Positions 16,920-20,289 of a stretch of 20,289 nucleotides of DNA are shown here, piece after piece. The notes under the pieces were generated by a model. That model saw only the letters and a list, made by a program, of their open reading frames with translations. It did no database searches and was not told the DNA's origin. The DNA is from Candidatus Odinarchaeia archaeon. GTDB lineage: Archaea; Asgardarchaeota; Odinarchaeia; Odinarchaeales; Odinarchaeaceae. Every line of letters starts with the position of its first letter. Position 1 is the first letter of the stretch. The translations under genes and the position numbers were made by a program. The stretch covers positions 1 to 20,289 of the forward strand of contig JAHQXC010000018.1 of assembly GCA_029856525.1 (NCBI GenBank), given 5' to 3'.

Positions 16920-17459
16920 CTACTTCAGGCTTTTATGATCGCTTAGTTTTTCAATTAGTTCACGTAAATGGTTTTGAAAGCCGGCGAGTATTTCTTTAAC
17001 TTCTTTGAAATCGTTTTTATCTTCTTTAAGTTGGGCATAAGCTTTCTCATAATATTTATAATATTCTCTTAACTCTTCAGCTAATTCTAAATATTGTTGA
17101 AGCCGCGGGTCTTCGAATAAACCTAGATAGCCTAATAGTATGATCGTATAAATTGAACGGATTACATTCTTTCTAGCTTGTTTTAGAACTCTATTAAAAG
17201 CGCCCCTGGAAACCCCTGTGCTCGTCGTGATTATCCTTCTACGTCCCGGTTCTTCTAATTCTGCTTTTATTCTTCTTAGCCTTGCTTTCTTCTCATACCC
17301 TATTTTTTCATTTGAAAAACCATTTGCTAGGAAGTCTAATAGCAGCGTATTAAGCTGTATTTCAGTTAAATTGGTCTCTTTTAGGAGAGTTTTTGTAATA
17401 GGGTCTTCTAATTGCCGATTAATCCAAAAAATAACGTTTTTATCGGTTTCTTCGTTGAT
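16920..17459 (-). CDS. Conserved-looking helical hypothetical protein, probable non-AUG (ATC) start; absent from ORF track
   Basis: Stop-free frame 17516-16920 contains no ATG, GTG or TTG codon. GGAGG lies 7 nt upstream of in-frame ATC at 17459. Translation: INEETDKNVIFWINRQLEDPITKTLLKETNLTEIQLNTLLLDFL...GVSRGAFNRVLKQARKNVIRSIYTIILLGYLGLFEDP...DHKSLK* (179 aa). Confidence 0.8.
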   Translation of the reverse strand: MNEETDKNVIFWINRQLEDPITKTLLKETNLTEIQLNTLLLDFLANGFSNEKIGYEKKARLRRIKAELEEPGRRRIITTSTGVSRGAFNRVLKQARKNVIRSIYTIILLGYLGLFEDPRLQQYLELAEELREYYKYYEKAYAQLKEDKNDFKEVKEILAGFQNHLRELIEKLSDHKSLK

Positions 17460-17616
17460 ATTTTTTCCTCCTGAATTAAGTCTTAATATGGATACAAAAT
17501 TGTATACGTTAACCCTCTATATAAAATCTTGCGTTTAAAGTATATAATATTAAAAATTATAAAACCTATACATATTCTTATATTCTTTCTTTATAAATAT
17601 AGGATGAGGTGACCTT

Positions 17617-18170
17617 ATGGACGAGATTAAATTGTTAAGCATAGATATTGAGAAAGAACCGGATCACCAGATAATAATAGGGCAGGGGAATTTTTAACCC
17701 TTAACACGGGTTAAAACCCCAATTTCTCTATTAAAATGGTTGATGAACTTTACCGTATAGTTCAAGCCGCGCTACCAGGAGCTACTAGCGGCCAGGTTAA
17801 ATTCGCCTGCGCTATGAATGAAGCTGAGCCACGGTTGACTCGGGTGGAGGGGAATGATGAGACTCTGAAAAAACTAGCTGCGAAAAACGCTTTAAACATC
17901 GGCGCCAGTCACGTATTTGTAATTCAATTTAAGGGCGCCTGGCCGATTAATCTAATGAATGCTTTAAAGTTTAGTTATGGTGTAGTCAACTTATATGTTG
18001 GAACAGCCAATAAATGTAAAGTGATTCTCGCTGAAACGTCTTTAGGATCTTCTGTGGGGCGCGCTATTCTCGGAGTGGTGGACGGTCAATCTGTTAATAA
18101 AGTGGAGAGTGAGACGCAGAGACAGGAGCGTAAAGATTTAGTTAGAAAAATAGGGTATGACTTTGGATGA
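17617..18170 (+). CDS. Adenosine-specific kinase / AMP-binding protein (DUF355, PAE2307-like), split by a 32-nt intron: join(17617..17690,17723..18170), 173 aa
   Basis: GAGGTG RBS then ATG 17617 gives MDEIKLLSIDIEKEPDHQIIIGQGNF*. The downstream frame gives NFSIKMVDELY...FACAMNEAEPRLTRVEGND...IGASHVF...WPIN...GVVDG...IGY. Joined, they read IIIGQGNFSIKMVDEL, the family N-terminal motif. Confidence 0.92.
17691..17722 (+). other. Bulge-helix-bulge (BHB) archaeal intron in a protein-coding gene
   Basis: Central 4-bp helix GGGG(17685-88)/CCCC(17717-20), two 3-nt bulges AAT(17689-91) and AAT(17721-23), intron stem TTTTAACCC/GGGTTAAAA with a 7-nt loop, and an exon stem with 9 of 10 pairs. Cutting after the second nucleotide of each bulge removes exactly 32 nt and restores the frame. 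Confidence 0.88.
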
Positions 18171-18255
18171 TAATGTAATGCAGCGGAATACATCAACCTA
18201 CTAGCCAAATAGATACCGGTTCATTCCAAAAAATAATAAAAATATAAAAAATTAT

Positions 18256-18552
18256 TTATTTCTTATTTTTTGGAGCAGCTTTATTAGTTAACGCTATTTC
18301 AATAGCACTTACGTTTGCTTGACCGCCTTCTGCTGTATTGATTTGCTCTGTACTAATCTTTATATTCTTAACCTCCACTGATGTCATGAACCGGTTCTTC
18401 AAAATCTCTGCTACGTCAACAGCTCTACTAATAGCTCTACCTCGAGCTTTTACAATAATTTCTTCAGCTCCTTGGTTTAATTGGGTTACACAAGCTAAAA
18501 CATAGTTCATAACTGGTTTATTCCCAACGTATACGACATTTGCATCTGACAT
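18256..18552 (-). CDS. albA: Chromatin/RNA-binding protein Alba
   Basis: [14 protein letters not shown]...[18 protein letters not shown]...NVSAIEI is a canonical Alba sequence. GAGGTG RBS. Confidence 0.98.
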   Translation of the reverse strand: MSDANVVYVGNKPVMNYVLACVTQLNQGAEEIIVKARGRAISRAVDVAEILKNRFMTSVEVKNIKISTEQINTAEGGQANVSAIEIALTNKAAPKNKK

Positions 18553-18851
18553 AATAGTTTCACCTCTATTTTGATATACTGAAGTACCCCCGCTAATAGC
18601 TAGGAGTATTTTCTCATATTGTCAAATGAAGTTAAAAACCTTGCGTTAATAAACCATTTTCCTACGGAGACTAAGCTTCCACGTCTGTTGCCAGATGGTT
18701 AACATTTTACACTTATTCAACCGTTTAAGCCTAGAGCTCTCTTGAAGGAGAATACTTAGCTAATTGAGGGAATAAAGTTTTCACGACGCTTATCCTATTA
18801 AGTAGTCAGTGTAGCCTAAGTTTAATATTCCTAAAAAATATTATAAGAAAC

Positions 18852-19433
18852 ATGGTGTTATTAATGCCCGAGCTCCAGTGGGCTATAACATGGTATGGTA
18901 GAGGGGGTCAAGGCGCGGTAACAGCTTCTAATATCCTAGCTAAAGCTGCATTTATTGACGGTTTTCGTTTTGTTCAATCCTTTCCTTTCTTTGGACCTGA
19001 AAGGCGTGGGGCTCCTGTTAAAGCATATACGAGAATAAGTAGGAGGCCTATCAACGACTTTACCTCAATATACTCCTCTGATGTATTGTTGATTCTTGAT
19101 CAGAAACTTGTGGCTGATGTTAACCCTATTGAGGAAATTAATCCGGGTGGTTATTTAATCATTAACGCATCTGGTGTAAATATAAGTTTAGATTTAAAAA
19201 ATCATGTTAAAATATTTCAAGTTAATGCGAATGATATCTCTCTTAAACTCGGTTTGCAGGTTGCAGGCCTTCCTGTCGTCAACACTTGTATGTTAGGGGC
19301 TTTCTCAAAGGCAACGGCTTTAGTTAAATTAGATACGATTCTTAAAGTTATTGAAGAAACATGGAGCGGGGAGTTTTTAGCTAGGAATCTTAAGGCGGCG
19401 GAATTAGCATATGAAACATGTAGGATGTTATAG
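18852..19433 (+). CDS. porG: 2-oxoacid (pyruvate/ketoisovalerate):ferredoxin oxidoreductase gamma subunit
   Basis: GRGGQGAVTAS, FGPERRGAPV and NTCMLGAF motifs. Confidence 0.93.
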   Translation: MVLLMPELQWAITWYGRGGQGAVTASNILAKAAFIDGFRFVQSFPFFGPERRGAPVKAYTRISRRPINDFTSIYSSDVLLILDQKLVADVNPIEEINPGGYLIINASGVNISLDLKNHVKIFQVNANDISLKLGLQVAGLPVVNTCMLGAFSKATALVKLDTILKVIEETWSGEFLARNLKAAELAYETCRML

Positions 19434-19480
19434 TATAACATATTCTATAGTAATATCTTATCTTATATTAAGTGATATAA

Positions 19481-19735
19481 ATGAAAAAAACACCAATACC
19501 TGTTTCGAAACCTTGTGAAGGCGCATTCGGTAATACCGGTAGCTGGCGGCACAGCATGCCGGTAATCGATTATTCTAAGTGTATATGCTGTTATAATTGC
19601 TGGCTATACTGCCCTGACGCGGCGATAATCGTTAAGAAAGGGGCCGCTCCGAAAATTAACTATAATTATTGTAAGGGCTGCGGAATATGCGCTCAGGAGT
19701 GCCCTAAAAAATGTATTTTAATGGTGGTTGAGTAA
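19481..19735 (+). CDS. porD: 2-oxoacid:ferredoxin oxidoreductase delta subunit (2x[4Fe-4S])
   Basis: TGSWR...CICCYNCWLYCPD and YCKGCGICAQECP motifs. Confidence 0.95.
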   Translation: MKKTPIPVSKPCEGAFGNTGSWRHSMPVIDYSKCICCYNCWLYCPDAAIIVKKGAAPKINYNYCKGCGICAQECPKKCILMVVE

Positions 19736-20289
19736 TGGGTGAAATTCAAATTTTAACAGGAAATTACTCGATAGCGGAAGCTGTGAAGCAATCTAATGTA
19801 GATGTTATCGCCGCTTACCCTATCACCCCGCAGACGCAGATCATTGAGGCTCTCGCTTCTATGAAAGATTCCGGGGTTCTTAAATCAAGGATCATCCGTG
19901 TTGAAGGTGAGAGAAGCGCTATGGCGGCTTGTATAGGGGCAGCATCAACAGGCTGCAGGGTGTACACAGCTACTTCATCACAGGGGCTAGCTTTAATGCA
20001 TGAACTGCTATACTGGGCGGCCGCTTCACGGCTACCTATCGTCATGACTAATGTGAACCGCGCTTTAGCCCCACCCTGGAATATATGGGTTGAACATACA
20101 GACTCCCTGCTTGAAAGAGACTTAGGCTGGCTTCAAATATATGCGTCTTCAAACCAGGAGGCTTATGACTTAATCTTCCAATGTTTTAAATTAGCTGAAT
20201 CAACTACTGTTCAATTACCTGTAATGCTTTGTATAGACGGTTTTCTAATTTCACATACAGCTATGCCTGTAGAATTAATCGAGCAAAAA
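19735..20289 (+). CDS. porA: 2-oxoacid:ferredoxin oxidoreductase alpha subunit, partial (runs off right edge)
   Basis: ATG overlaps the porD stop (TAATG). Manual translation MGEIQILTGNYSIAEAVKQSNVDVIAAYPITPQT...TATSSQGLALMHE...NRALAPPWNIW...DGFLISH contains the YPITP signature. Confidence 0.95.
   Translation, partial: MGEIQILTGNYSIAEAVKQSNVDVIAAYPITPQTQIIEALASMKDSGVLKSRIIRVEGERSAMAACIGAASTGCRVYTATSSQGLALMHELLYWAAASRLPIVMTNVNRALAPPWNIWVEHTDSLLERDLGWLQIYASSNQEAYDLIFQCFKLAESTTVQLPVMLCIDGFLISHTAMPVELIEQK

Noticed and set aside
17218-17538. Plus-strand 106-aa ORF
   Set aside because: Antisense shadow of the minus-strand gene at 16920-17459, which has an RBS, a promoter and protein-like sequence.
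17736-18170. ORF-track 144-aa protein as a complete gene, or the locus as a frameshifted pseudogene
   Set aside because: ATG 17736 has no RBS and omits the conserved N-terminal IIIGQGNF segment. The precise BHB geometry explains the frameshift better than decay. The flanking AATTT direct repeat could suggest a target-site duplication, but that would not predict the exon-exon stem.
1113-20045. Short antisense ORFs in the track (1113-1298, 1676-1948, 2439-2642, 4919-5101, 5780-5968, 8319-8525, 10726-10992, 14125-14370, 15603-15878, 15862-16095, 16129-16344, 16363-16611, 19217-19441, 19815-20045)
   Set aside because: Each overlaps a well-supported gene on the opposite strand and has no recognisable motif.
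1-20289. CRISPR array, tRNA/rRNA genes or transposase
   Set aside because: I saw no regularly spaced repeats, cloverleaf or rRNA signatures, or transposase motifs. The ExeA/TnsC-like ATPase has no adjacent integrase or terminal repeats.

Overview
Archaeal chromosomal window of about 35-38% GC, with GGAGG/GGTG ribosome-binding sites and BRE/TATA promoters. The combination of RpoG (Rpo8), PolD small subunit, FtsZ2-type FtsZ, SmAP3, Alba and Orc1/Cdc6 points to a TACK/Asgard lineage, plausibly an Odinarchaeia-like thermophile (inference). Left to right it contains: a partial type IV pilus/Tad-like locus, a divergent TFB, rpoG, a GC-rich structured intergenic element, SmAP3-tgtA-PHP, ftsZ, a 7-TM protein, a Cas2/VapD-like ORF, a replication origin (two identical inverted 22-bp ORBs around an AT-rich unwinding element), two winged-helix genes, cdc6 convergent with DP1, an HTH-CBS regulator, a three-gene cluster (helical protein, ExeA-like AAA+ ATPase, SegB/ParG-like RHH protein), an adenosine-specific kinase (DUF355) gene, alba and porG-porD-porA (partial). 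The standout is a 32-nt insertion (17691-17722) in the DUF355 gene. It folds into a canonical bulge-helix-bulge, and cutting it at the standard tRNA-endonuclease positions restores the frame and the family motif GQGNFSI, so it is a candidate archaeal pre-mRNA intron outside cbf5. Two ORFs missed by the ORF track lack a canonical start codon at their apparent 5' end.
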